Source of the DNA: Myxococcales bacterium
Lineage (GTDB): Bacteria; Myxococcota_A; Polyangia; Polyangiales; GCA-016699535
Length of the DNA: 64,000 bases
NCBI GenBank assembly: GCA_020633325.1
Contig: JACKDX010000001.1
Coordinates: 178,179 to 242,178 of the forward strand
Reading direction: 5' to 3'
Below the pieces are notes generated by a model. It was not told where the DNA came from. It was given only the letters and a program-made list of their open reading frames with translations, and did not search any database. Below, one piece after another: positions 52,411-61,879 of the stretch (the stretch's first letter is position 1; the number at the start of each line of letters is the position of its first letter). A program made the position numbers and the translations under genes.

Positions 52411-53444
52411 GATGCCTAACCGCTGCATTGTTATTTCTCGGCCTTATGGGTTGTGTATCCACGATGGGACCAAAGGCAGACCAGTTTTTGGATCGCCGGG
52501 CTGCCCCGAGCAGCCAACACGCTGAAAGGCATGCACTAGATATTGTCAAGCGTGCGGACCATGCGTGGCAGGATGCACAACAAGCACACGATGCGGATAA
52601 TCCGGAAGAAGCCTCTGAGCATCTCAACCGGGCCCTGATTTTTTTGGAAGCCGCTATTATTGAAACGCAGCGCATTGAGCTCGAGCAGCTGGCATCCACC
52701 ATGACCACACGATCTACACGTAACAAGTCCCAAGCCATGCGAGATAATGCCGCGAGGTACACGATCGAGCAGGAGATAGCGCAACGATTGGCGGCAGCAA
52801 TCGCCGATACCGAAGTGGCTCGATCTGTGGCGCTCGCCGAGTCCGATGAGTCCGAGCTGAGTGCGGCATCACTGGAAGCTGCTCGCATTTTGCACGCAAA
52901 GGCGGATCTGACCTGTGCTTCAGCCACCGCACTTAGTGCATCCGCAAGCATGCTTGAGCGCGCCCGGACATTGCTCCGCGAATCTCGAAGTGTTTCCTCG
53001 TTATCGCACGCTGAACAGGCCCTGCGCGCCTGCGAACTCGCCATGGCCCAGGGCCGCACCCTTCAAGATGGCGCCTCTATTGAGGAAGCGCATTCGCTCC
53101 TAGAAGCCGCGAGAGCGGCCGGCTTTGAAGCGCAGGCGATGCCAAATGGCGTGGTTCTTCTTCTACAGGACCTCACGGATGGTAGTAGCAGGGAGTCCAG
53201 CGCACGTGTTCGACGGGTACTTGCGCGCGTGGCGCGACTTGCTCTGGGGTTTCCCAAAGGCGAGTTGCTGATACAGCCAGCCACCGGCGGCGGTATCGAC
53301 CAAACGCAAGGCACACGCATTCGATCTATATTGATATCGGAGGGCGTAGATCGGAATCGGCTGCGGATACAAGGCGCTGCTCACGATCCGCAGCCCTCCG
53401 CAACTAAGATCCGATTTCCGGCATACGGAGGCCTGGACCTATGA
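52407..53444 (+). CDS. lipoprotein with helical N-terminal region and degenerate OmpA-C-like C-terminus
   Basis: ATGA overlap. LFLGLMGC|VST lipobox. The C-terminal ...VVLLLQDLTDGSS...LIQPATGGG...IRSILISEGVDRNRLRIQG follows the OmpA_C layout but lacks the usual peptidoglycan-binding residues. Confidence 0.4.
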   Translation: MRCLTAALLFLGLMGCVSTMGPKADQFLDRRAAPSSQHAERHALDIVKRADHAWQDAQQAHDADNPEEASEHLNRALIFLEAAIIETQRIELEQLASTMTTRSTRNKSQAMRDNAARYTIEQEIAQRLAAAIADTEVARSVALAESDESELSAASLEAARILHAKADLTCASATALSASASMLERARTLLRESRSVSSLSHAEQALRACELAMAQGRTLQDGASIEEAHSLLEAARAAGFEAQAMPNGVVLLLQDLTDGSSRESSARVRRVLARVARLALGFPKGELLIQPATGGGIDQTQGTRIRSILISEGVDRNRLRIQGAAHDPQPSATKIRFPAYGGLDL

Positions 53445-53454
53445 CACCTAGACT

Positions 53455-54345
53455 TTAATAAATCAAGATGACCACACATGCGCCCCACAAGAGAATATTC
53501 ATCAAAAACGGGATGTCGGTCAGCATCTTCTCTGTCGGACTTTCTGCGGTGTTCTTGTGTCGAATGAGAAAATTGAAGCGTGCGATGCCAAATGCGACAA
53601 ACAGGGTGGTGAGAAACAAATACCCCGTTTGAAAAAAATGTTGGGTACTTGGATCTAGGGTGTATGCGGCATATGCAATGATGGTTAACCCGCCCGTTGT
53701 GTAGAGTGCGCCTTGAGCTAATCCGCTGTTATAGCCGCGCAGCGACTCCCTTTGTCGGACAGCCGCTTTACCCTGAATCAGCTCATGAAAGCGCTTCCCG
53801 AAGGCTAAGAAAAGCGCCAAGACAAAGGTGACCACCAACAGATAACCAGAAGGCGCCACATTGACCGCGACCGACCCCGCGAGCACACGCAGTTCAAACC
53901 CAGTGGCGATGCAGATCACATCCACGTAGGCGATATTTTTTAGGCGTAAACTGTACGCGACATTTAGCCCGATATATGCGAGTGTAAACAACACGAACGC
54001 GCCATTGATCGTGAAGCCAATTCCAATGGCACCAACCAGAAGTAATCCAGCGACTGTCGCTGCCATCCCGGGACCGATAGCGCCACTGGCAATGGGCCGA
54101 TGGCATTTGACGGGATGCACGCGATCGGCTTTTCGGTCAACGAGATCATTCAGTATGTAAATGGCACTGGCAGCCAGGCTGAAACCAACAAATGCGAAAA
54201 GTGCGCGGATCACGACTTCGCGGATGAGCAGCTCTTTGGCGAAGACCGCGGGCATCAACACAAATAAATTTTTCACCCATTGATGAGGGCGAAGCATCCG
54301 AATGAGGGCCCGTCGCAGCTTCATTGTGTATTGCACCCGTCGCAC
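53455..54345 (-). CDS. UbiA-family prenyltransferase, decaprenyl-phosphate phosphoribosyltransferase-like
   Basis: MLRPHQWVKNLFV... and NDLVDRKADRVHPVKCHRPIASG. Confidence 0.7.
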   Translation of the reverse strand: MRRVQYTMKLRRALIRMLRPHQWVKNLFVLMPAVFAKELLIREVVIRALFAFVGFSLAASAIYILNDLVDRKADRVHPVKCHRPIASGAIGPGMAATVAGLLLVGAIGIGFTINGAFVLFTLAYIGLNVAYSLRLKNIAYVDVICIATGFELRVLAGSVAVNVAPSGYLLVVTFVLALFLAFGKRFHELIQGKAAVRQRESLRGYNSGLAQGALYTTGGLTIIAYAAYTLDPSTQHFFQTGYLFLTTLFVAFGIARFNFLIRHKNTAESPTEKMLTDIPFLMNILLWGACVVILIY

Positions 54346-54391
54346 ATTAGGCAGCCGCTGGCATGCACCCAGAAATTTCTATAAATCGATC

Positions 54392-55219
54392 TCAACGATA
54401 GGTAAATCGTATCTCGTAATCACAAATAGAAAAAAGATCTCCTTCATCTATCCGTTTGCCGCCGATGCGTCGCCCTTGATATTCAACACCGTTGGTGCTC
54501 CCTAAATCCTTGAGATAATAAGCGCCGTTTTCAAAGACAATGGCAGCATGGCGACGAGAAATATTCCCATCTTTAATGGTGAGATCTGAACTTTTTGAGC
54601 CTCGACCAATGATAAACTCATCTTTGGTGACTGGTATCTGTTGCCCATTGTAAATCACATAGAGATTGGGTCGCGTCCCTGCTCTTAGAGATGCCGGTTC
54701 AGGGAAAGCGGGGTCCATGGAAGAGCCATAGGGTGGCTGCTCGGAGGCTAGAGACCCGGGACTGCTGTGCGAGGCAGAGCTTGGAGATCCAGGACGCCAA
54801 CTCTTCTTTGAAAGAGGTGCGGTATCCCCCGGGTAGCTGGGTCTCTGGGGGGACGAGGGTCCATATGCAGGTCGGGCAGGAGGTGGAGGCGGCAAGGGAA
54901 GCGCGCCTGTCGAAAATGATGCGCGTGAGGAGCGTAGCGCGCCAAGCGCCGGAATATTGCCCGATGAAGATCCAGTGGCTTGCGGCGAGGGCGAGATGCT
55001 TTGTTGCAAAGACGCTTTAGATACCTCTCCTTCCTGATACCCGCGCGCGTACTGCCTCATGGCCTCGTTGATAAGATAATCCGCAGAACATTCAAGCTCC
55101 GCACTCATTTGCTGGAAAAGGTCCCAGAGATAGTCCCGGCAATGAAACTGTCGCAAACGCTTGGATATTTGATCGTGGCTCATGGCACCGGCCCGCAAAG
55201 CATACCTTTTTCTTTGCAA
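54392..55219 (-). CDS. FHA-domain protein with Pro/Ser-rich linker
   Basis: C-terminal FIIGRGSKSSDLTIKDGNISRRHAAIVFENGAYYLKDLGSTNGV. Confidence 0.8.
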   Translation of the reverse strand: MQRKRYALRAGAMSHDQISKRLRQFHCRDYLWDLFQQMSAELECSADYLINEAMRQYARGYQEGEVSKASLQQSISPSPQATGSSSGNIPALGALRSSRASFSTGALPLPPPPPARPAYGPSSPQRPSYPGDTAPLSKKSWRPGSPSSASHSSPGSLASEQPPYGSSMDPAFPEPASLRAGTRPNLYVIYNGQQIPVTKDEFIIGRGSKSSDLTIKDGNISRRHAAIVFENGAYYLKDLGSTNGVEYQGRRIGGKRIDEGDLFSICDYEIRFTYR

Positions 55220-55252
55220 TCACGCCAATCCATTGGCCAAATGCCGCTGTCC

Positions 55253-56725
55253 CTACTGTGCTGGAGACAATGAGGCGCGCTGTGTGAGCACCTGAAGTAC
55301 CTCTCCTGCCACCTTTCCAACCGTCATATTGGGATCCCAGTGTTTGCCCTTGACCGGCGTTGCATCGGTCTTAACTTTCTGCACTGACGGAATATCGTTC
55401 TTGGTGCCTTTGCGCTCCAACACCCGCAATGCAATGACGCGTTCCCACCAGTTTTTGGAACCCAGCATGCCTCGAAGCTTCGAGGTTGGAAGCGGCGACA
55501 GTTGACCTATGCGCTTCGCATAACCTTCGAGCTCCTCAGGCTCATAGTTCACATCACCTTGATGGGGTAACTTGTCGAGAAATTCCGAGAGCACTTTCTC
55601 GCCGCCGATGGCCAAGACTAGCTCGCCCGCACGCCACCGTTCGCGAGCGTTCGAGGCGCTTTGGACCAGCGGCCAAAGCCGAGCAACAGTTTTGGGGCTG
55701 CGCACATCGCTCAACCGATCAAACGCGTAATCCCTCACTTTTGTAGGATTTGCATTATTTAGTGCGAGTTCAAGCAAGCGATCGAGTTGATCAGCCGACG
55801 CCTTCCCTTCAAGCGCCGCAAGCGCACGCCACCGTCGTTCCACCATCGCAGGCTCTTGCGAATTGATCGATGCAATCTGCAGCAATCGCTCCGCTACTAC
55901 GCGCTGGTCCGCTACGGAGCTCATTGCGGGCAAAGCGCCCGTGGTAATAAAAACCTCGCGGTGATGCAGAGCAGCACGTTGTACGTCTGGACGCTTGACG
56001 GTTTGCCCTCGGTCTTTGGCCTGTTCAAGGATTCGCGTCTCGAGCCACACCAAAAATTCTTTGCTCTCCATCTCACGCTCGATCTCGACGAGGCGTTTTG
56101 CCGCCTGTGCCTTGGTAGCGTCGTCTCCGACTTGAGCGATTAGCTGGGAAAGCTTGATCAGAGCCATTTGCGGCATGCGGGGATCAAGCGCTGCTACCAA
56201 CTGAGCACCCGCAGATGCTCCCAATGCTCGAATAATCTGCTCTGCGCTAAACTTCCCGGCCAGGCTTCTCCCGTTAAAGTCGCCTGCCAGCCATTGTACG
56301 ATGGAAGTTGACAGATCCCGTCGCACTTCTTCGGATGCTAGCGGAACCAATATAAACGCCGCATCTTTGGCCCGCACTTCAAGTGCCGCCGGTCCACTTT
56401 CATCTGCGGTAGCCTTAGTAGTGCCATGCATGAGTGTCTTTAATTGCTCTGCAACATCATGAATGATTTGCGGGCTATCTTTATCCGTAAGCTTGCGCAG
56501 GGTCTGCTCGAACTCCGCCATGCCGTCCACGTCTTGCCGGTTCATCTCGACTAACGCCACCAAGGCTCTGGCGCGAAGCTTCACATCGTATTTCGGTGTG
56601 AGCGCGACGGATACTATTTTACCGGGTCCCTTGACGGTCGACTTCCACGTCTGGATATCGTTGGAATCAACCCTGCAGGCACCCAACGTCATGCCTACGA
56701 GAACCCATATTTGCCATACGCGCAT
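55253..56725 (-). CDS. HEAT/ARM-like repeat lipoprotein
   Basis: AGGGGA lies before the ATG at 56725. VLVGMTLGAC|RVD. Helical repeats throughout. Confidence 0.45.
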   Translation of the reverse strand: MRVWQIWVLVGMTLGACRVDSNDIQTWKSTVKGPGKIVSVALTPKYDVKLRARALVALVEMNRQDVDGMAEFEQTLRKLTDKDSPQIIHDVAEQLKTLMHGTTKATADESGPAALEVRAKDAAFILVPLASEEVRRDLSTSIVQWLAGDFNGRSLAGKFSAEQIIRALGASAGAQLVAALDPRMPQMALIKLSQLIAQVGDDATKAQAAKRLVEIEREMESKEFLVWLETRILEQAKDRGQTVKRPDVQRAALHHREVFITTGALPAMSSVADQRVVAERLLQIASINSQEPAMVERRWRALAALEGKASADQLDRLLELALNNANPTKVRDYAFDRLSDVRSPKTVARLWPLVQSASNARERWRAGELVLAIGGEKVLSEFLDKLPHQGDVNYEPEELEGYAKRIGQLSPLPTSKLRGMLGSKNWWERVIALRVLERKGTKNDIPSVQKVKTDATPVKGKHWDPNMTVGKVAGEVLQVLTQRASLSPAQ

Positions 56726-56857
56726 GTCGTATCCCCTAGGTGCAGACTGCCACAAGTGTAGAGAATATTGAATGGTTTCTTTTTGCGATCAAGAATCTCA
56801 AATTTTGACCATATCGCCTGCAATCTCCTACCCTAACTCGTGCCGTAGGGGAGTGAT

Positions 56858-59218
56858 GTGTCTCGACGCGTTTCAAAAGCAGTGACAACCGACTCAACAC
56901 GCGTTGAAACTGCACACAGCATCCGCCATGAGATCTCCGGCGTTGTTGTGGCTGCCATGGGTATTCTCATGACACTGGCTCTCTGGTCGTATGATGCCCG
57001 GGGTAGCGAAAACCTAGTGGGGCCCGTCGGCAACCGGGTTTCCGAGATTTTGGTCCGTGCATTGGGGTTTTGCGCATGGCTTCTGCCTATCGAGATGCTG
57101 CTTGCAACCCTTCGATTATTTGGACGCCGGTCAATACGCCTGGGGGCGGCTCGCGCGGCTTCTACGGTGGTCCTGCTAATTGTCGGATGCGCCCTCTTTC
57201 ATCTGATGCTCCATGGGGAGGTTGTTTTCGGAGGTCAGCTGCCAGGCGGCGTTTTCGGGGAGCTTCTGGGGGAGGTCAGTCGGTCTCTCTTGGGCACCGT
57301 GGGCTCATACATCGTGGGCGTAGTGCTCATTACCGTGACCTTGCTATTGCGCACGTCCTACTCGCTGGGGCGAGCCTCGACGGTACTTTATGGGGTCCTT
57401 CGAGCCTGGGCGGGCAAGGCGGGGGCGATCTGGCAGGAGGCAAAAGAACTCGAAGAGAAAAGACGCCAAGACGCGTTGGATGCGATAGGGGAGCAGCCTG
57501 AGGAAGAGCCGAAAGCAGCCGATACCCGTGAAACGGTTGCGCCGGGGCCGCAAACAGCGGTGTTGCGCTCAAGTACTCCGCCGACCGAACGCGCTGCCCG
57601 TGCCAAAATCGCGGCACCTGGGGGACCCATCATCGTACCCCCCAAAATGCGGACGGGGGCCGAAGCCGTCTCCGAGCGCCTGTCTGGCCCGCGCGGAAGA
57701 AAAACTACAACTATAGTGAAAAATTTTATTTTGCCTGCAACGAGCGCTCTCGACCCTTATCAGGACACCACAATTAACGTCGACGAAAAGGTGCTCAAAA
57801 ACAATGCCACTCGGCTTGTCCAAAAGCTCGAGGCGTACGGAGTAGCGGGGCGGGTGGATGAGATTCATCCCGGCCCCGTCGTGACGATGTACGAGTTCGA
57901 GCCTGCAAGCGGCACAAAGGTTTCCAAGATCGCCTCGCTGGCCGACGACCTAGCCATGGCGCTCGCTGCACAAAAAGTGCGCATTGTGGCGCCCATCGTC
58001 GGCAAGGCCCGAGTAGGGTTTGAGCTGCCCAACGCGCGGCGGCAGACCGTAAGCTTGCGCGATATTTTAGAGGACGAGCGTTGGCATGACATGGAAGGGG
58101 AACTGCCCATCGCACTCGGCAAGGACATCATGGGACAACCAGTCTATGCAGACCTTAGCAAGATGCCCCACCTCCTTGTGGCAGGGGCCACCGGCTCCGG
58201 CAAGAGCGTCGGCCTAAACGTCATGCTGGCATCAATGCTCTTTAAGAAAACACCTGAAGAACTACGTCTACTTATGATCGATCCAAAGGTGGTGGAGCTC
58301 GCGGCGTACGATGGGATCCCCCACATGCTGCTGCCCGTAGTGACTGATATGCGTAAGGCGGCACTGTCCTTACGCTGGGCCGTGGACGAAATGGAGCGCC
58401 GCTATCAGCTATTTGCCGATGCGGGCGCACGTAATGTCCAAAGTTACAACGAACGGGTCGATCGAGTGCTGAAGGGCACGCTCTCACTTGAGCGTTTGGC
58501 GCCGCGACGTATGAAGCAGTTGGAACTCGGCGAAACGACAGATCAGGTGAAGGCAGAGAAGCTCCCCCATATCGTCGTCGTGGTGGACGAATTCGCCGAC
58601 CTGATCATGGTTGCCGCCAAAGATGTGGAAGCGGCAATCACCCGTCTTGCGCAGAAAGCTCGCGCTGCCGGCATTCATGTCATTTTGGCCACGCAAAGAC
58701 CCAGCGTCGATGTGATCACCGGTGTGATCAAAGCCAACTTCCCCACGCGTATCGCATTCAAAGTCTCTCAACGCGAAGACTCGAAAACGATCTTGGGTCG
58801 CAGTGGCGCGGAGCACTTGCTGGGCATGGGTGACATGTTGATGTTGCCGCCCGGCACCGGCGAGCTTAAGCGCGTTCATAGTGCATACATCAGCGAAGAT
58901 GAGCTCAAGGCTGTATGCGATTTCTTACGTGCGCAAGGCTCCCCTGTCTACGACGAGCGCATCCTAAAACCTCGCGACGAAGAGGGCGGTGATGCAGAGA
59001 ACCCTGGCGGAAGCGGCAGCGACGATGACAAGTACGACCGCGCGGTCGCCATCGTTTCTGATGCGGGCTACTGTTCAATCAGCCACATTCAGCGGCAGCT
59101 TGGCGTCGGCTACAACAAGGCCGCGAAACTGGTCGAACGCATGGAAAAGGATGGCGTGGTTGGCCCGCCCAGTGGAAAAGCTGGTGGACGCCGCGAAGTC
59201 TTGATCCAGTCCTTCTAA
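56858..59218 (+). CDS. ftsK: DNA translocase FtsK
   Basis: N-terminal TM helices, Walker A VAGATGSGKSVGLN, VVVDEFADL, and a C-terminal gamma winged-helix YDRAVAIV...ISHIQRQLGVGYNKAAKLVERME. Confidence 0.9.
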   Translation: MSRRVSKAVTTDSTRVETAHSIRHEISGVVVAAMGILMTLALWSYDARGSENLVGPVGNRVSEILVRALGFCAWLLPIEMLLATLRLFGRRSIRLGAARAASTVVLLIVGCALFHLMLHGEVVFGGQLPGGVFGELLGEVSRSLLGTVGSYIVGVVLITVTLLLRTSYSLGRASTVLYGVLRAWAGKAGAIWQEAKELEEKRRQDALDAIGEQPEEEPKAADTRETVAPGPQTAVLRSSTPPTERAARAKIAAPGGPIIVPPKMRTGAEAVSERLSGPRGRKTTTIVKNFILPATSALDPYQDTTINVDEKVLKNNATRLVQKLEAYGVAGRVDEIHPGPVVTMYEFEPASGTKVSKIASLADDLAMALAAQKVRIVAPIVGKARVGFELPNARRQTVSLRDILEDERWHDMEGELPIALGKDIMGQPVYADLSKMPHLLVAGATGSGKSVGLNVMLASMLFKKTPEELRLLMIDPKVVELAAYDGIPHMLLPVVTDMRKAALSLRWAVDEMERRYQLFADAGARNVQSYNERVDRVLKGTLSLERLAPRRMKQLELGETTDQVKAEKLPHIVVVVDEFADLIMVAAKDVEAAITRLAQKARAAGIHVILATQRPSVDVITGVIKANFPTRIAFKVSQREDSKTILGRSGAEHLLGMGDMLMLPPGTGELKRVHSAYISEDELKAVCDFLRAQGSPVYDERILKPRDEEGGDAENPGGSGSDDDKYDRAVAIVSDAGYCSISHIQRQLGVGYNKAAKLVERMEKDGVVGPPSGKAGGRREVLIQSF

Positions 59219-59324
59219 ATGGGTAGCAAGTCACTCTAACTTCAGATGGAGGCTCTTCTTTTGGGGGTCGTCTTGCAGCGAGGGGTTTTTGCGCTAAAGA
59301 AGTGCACCTCGTTGCGGAACCCGT

Positions 59325-61142
59325 ATGCGGCATTTGATCAACATAGCAGTTGCGTTTCTCAGCTTGAGCGCATGTACCGCCGGACCCAAATTGTCGTCAG
59401 GTGCCGCACAGCAGGCCCCAACAGATCGTGACATTGTCGATATTCGTGGTGCCCCCCTTGCAGAGTGGTCTCTCAACGAACATCGTGGCCGTAGTTTACT
59501 TCAACATGGCGGCGACGTGCTGCCCAGAAGAGGCATCAGGCTGTTCGACGACGGGCAGAGAGCGCTGATATTGGATACAGCCATGCCCAGAATCTTTGAG
59601 ACTTCAAGCAGTCAGCTTGTAAGTATTCCCTCCTCCGGGCGCGGAGCTGTTTCGACGAGTCACAACTTCGCAGCCTCGTCTATTGCTAGCTGCCCGCATT
59701 GGAGTTTCGTGTCGCCCTCGGGGGTGCTCCCAAATTGGGCGCACGAGGATTCCAGTTCTTTTCCCGTATCTTCTATTCCGCTGCTAGCTCGATACGATGT
59801 TTATGATGTTGCCCAGTTCGCCAGTGGCATCCGTCTGCTGAGCCGCCATTGTGTCCTGCGAAGCGGAAATATTGATCCCGAATTTCAGCACATCGAGTCC
59901 TTGGGACAACTTGTAAGCAACGATGTGCGTTTTGGACTCGAGGTGGAATTCTCTCTGCTACCGTTTAGAGAACTTGAGACCGCCATCTCAGCGTGGGGCG
60001 GAGAGCTCCGTTTTCAGGAAATTGCCGTCCAGTCCTGTGAGCTAGAGGAGTTTTGGGAATACGCTATAGAGGGCACACAACGCGCCTTGCATATGCGTGA
60101 AGGCGGCATCCACCGCCTGGAAATACAGGACCGCGTTGATGAACAGTGGAAGCTTCGCTCTTCATTTTCATTTTCCACGGAAGCGGATGCTTTGGCCTAT
60201 CTAAAACAACATCAGCTGCCCTCGGATTTTTATCGCTTCAACTTTGGATGGCGATGCACTATGGCGCCGACCCTGGATCCGCATGGCCATCAAGCAAACG
60301 TCCTTTGGGTTTTTGCCATGCAATTGGATCAATTACCACCGATGGTGCATCAGAGATTCGAGATGGACGATGAGTTCGTTTCATCGAGTGTCGACGCTCG
60401 TTACTCCTCCCAACAGGATGCGTTGGCGAGTATCGTGGCTCATATCGAGGCCGAGATCCGAAGCAAGCGCATCAGCACCGCACCGGGCGTGCACTACTGG
60501 AGTGAGCTGACAGCACTCGAGGCGGAATCATTCCAGTCTTCAGACATGAGCGAATTGGGGTTAATGTGGGAATTGGTATTGCCACCACTTCAACTGGAAC
60601 CAAATCGTCTGGATGAAGTGCGCAGGCTAAGGCAAGCCTTGAAGGCCGCTCGTCCTGATCAGCACCTCGACGTGCGAGGTGGACAACCTGCGGGCTTACA
60701 CATCAACGTCGAAATTCCGCGGAACGTCATCGAACAGGGCGATGCGTGGGAGGTTGCTCGAAGATATTTGGTTTTCTGGATGCGTCATCGCCAAAGGATT
60801 TTGGACAGCTATTTCCCCAGTGCCGAATTGCCTTCCAATCGCCACGAATACTTTGGGCCGATTCCGAACGTGGTCGTAGACGAGCTCGAAGCGCTAGACT
60901 TATCGCGGGTTGATTTGCCAACCTGGCTAGCGGAGCAGCTTGAACAAACCACACCGGATTCTGAGGACGTCGATGTCAACATTGAATCTGCAAGCGAGGG
61001 TCGCTTGGAGATACGCGTTTCCTCCAATGACCTCAGCGAACCATGGCAGAATGTCGAGGCACGCATTCGCTTCTGTGTCGGCCTGATGCGCCACGTCCTG
61101 AACAGCCTAAAATACGCCTCAGATGCTAGCTACGGTTGGTGA
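59325..61142 (+). CDS. lipoprotein with C-terminal amidoligase (Amidoligase_2 / GS-like)-resembling domain
   Basis: Lipobox AFLSLSAC|TAG. Ordered motifs FGLEVEF (aa 203-209), WELVLPPL (415-422), GLHINVE (457-463) and GRLEIRVS (559-566). Confidence 0.4.
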   Translation: MRHLINIAVAFLSLSACTAGPKLSSGAAQQAPTDRDIVDIRGAPLAEWSLNEHRGRSLLQHGGDVLPRRGIRLFDDGQRALILDTAMPRIFETSSSQLVSIPSSGRGAVSTSHNFAASSIASCPHWSFVSPSGVLPNWAHEDSSSFPVSSIPLLARYDVYDVAQFASGIRLLSRHCVLRSGNIDPEFQHIESLGQLVSNDVRFGLEVEFSLLPFRELETAISAWGGELRFQEIAVQSCELEEFWEYAIEGTQRALHMREGGIHRLEIQDRVDEQWKLRSSFSFSTEADALAYLKQHQLPSDFYRFNFGWRCTMAPTLDPHGHQANVLWVFAMQLDQLPPMVHQRFEMDDEFVSSSVDARYSSQQDALASIVAHIEAEIRSKRISTAPGVHYWSELTALEAESFQSSDMSELGLMWELVLPPLQLEPNRLDEVRRLRQALKAARPDQHLDVRGGQPAGLHINVEIPRNVIEQGDAWEVARRYLVFWMRHRQRILDSYFPSAELPSNRHEYFGPIPNVVVDELEALDLSRVDLPTWLAEQLEQTTPDSEDVDVNIESASEGRLEIRVSSNDLSEPWQNVEARIRFCVGLMRHVLNSLKYASDASYGW

Positions 61143-61143
61143 G

Positions 61144-61533
61144 CTAAACCGATTGTGCTCGAAGGGCCGAGACTCTGCTGAGAGCGTCAAAGTCCCGGTC
61201 GCGATGCAGAACCGTCAAGCCGTTGCGCAGCGCACAAGCAGCAATCAAACAGTCAACACTCGACCGGATAGTGATCCCGCTGCGTCGCGCATCTCGATAC
61301 AATGAGACTGCGACTTCAAAGACGTCGCGCGGTAGCGGGGTTTCGACAGCGGGTAAAGCGTTCATGGCAGTGTGTGCAATTCGAAACGCTCGCTCATCGC
61401 GAAAGCCCTGAAGTACTTCTTGAATAATGGGCAAACAAGTCACAACTTCATCCAAGGGCAATACGGTTTCAAGCTTCAGGGGTCGGTGCTTGCGAAACGT
61501 TAGCAGCCACACGGAGGTATCCAGCAGCACCAT
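61144..61533 (-). CDS. vapC: PIN-domain toxin VapC
   Basis: MVLLDTSVW..., SVDCLIAACA, HRDRDFD acidic residues. Confidence 0.8.
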   Translation of the reverse strand: MVLLDTSVWLLTFRKHRPLKLETVLPLDEVVTCLPIIQEVLQGFRDERAFRIAHTAMNALPAVETPLPRDVFEVAVSLYRDARRSGITIRSSVDCLIAACALRNGLTVLHRDRDFDALSRVSALRAQSV

Positions 61534-61535
61534 AG

Positions 61536-61754
61536 CTAAGATCTGCGTGGTGATGTCTTGCGATCGCTGCGCATTTCACCCAAGTCGCCTTCCCATAGTC
61601 CTGTACCTGTGAGTTCCAGGATCTGACGCGCTTTGGCTCGGTGAATAAAGTCCTTGAGCGCGCGTTGCACGGTGGCCGAGTAGGTGCGCTCTCCACTTAT
61701 CCGAACGGCCTCTTCTAACAATTGCTCATCTAGCACAAGATTTGTACGTTTCAT
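61536..61754 (-). CDS. vapB: type II antitoxin VapB-like
   Basis: MKRTNLVLDEQLLEEAVRISGERTYSATVQRALKDFI. It ends 2 nt before the vapC start. Confidence 0.7.
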   Translation of the reverse strand: MKRTNLVLDEQLLEEAVRISGERTYSATVQRALKDFIHRAKARQILELTGTGLWEGDLGEMRSDRKTSPRRS

Positions 61755-61817
61755 GTGTATAACGTACCACCAGCCACCGTCGCCGACAAGTAGCGAACAG
61801 CCAAGGTACAAATGCGG

Positions 61818-61845
61818 TTGCCCGAGGTTTTGCCTCTGTTATAAT
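61818..61845 (+). promoter_or_regulatory. candidate sigma-70-type promoter for the KamA-like gene
   Basis: TTGCCC (61818-61823), a 16-nt spacer, then TATAAT (61840-61845), 35 nt upstream of the ATG at 61880. Confidence 0.3.
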
Positions 61846-61879
61846 GTCGTGATTGAGCATTTGTGCAGGAAGTATTGCG

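Noticed and set aside
52331-53059. A 242-aa minus-strand ORF antisense to the 345-aa lipoprotein gene.
   Set aside because: Its translation is Ser/Ala/Cys/Arg low complexity, typical of a shadow frame. The plus-strand frame has a lipobox, an ATGA coupling to the upstream gene and protein-like composition.
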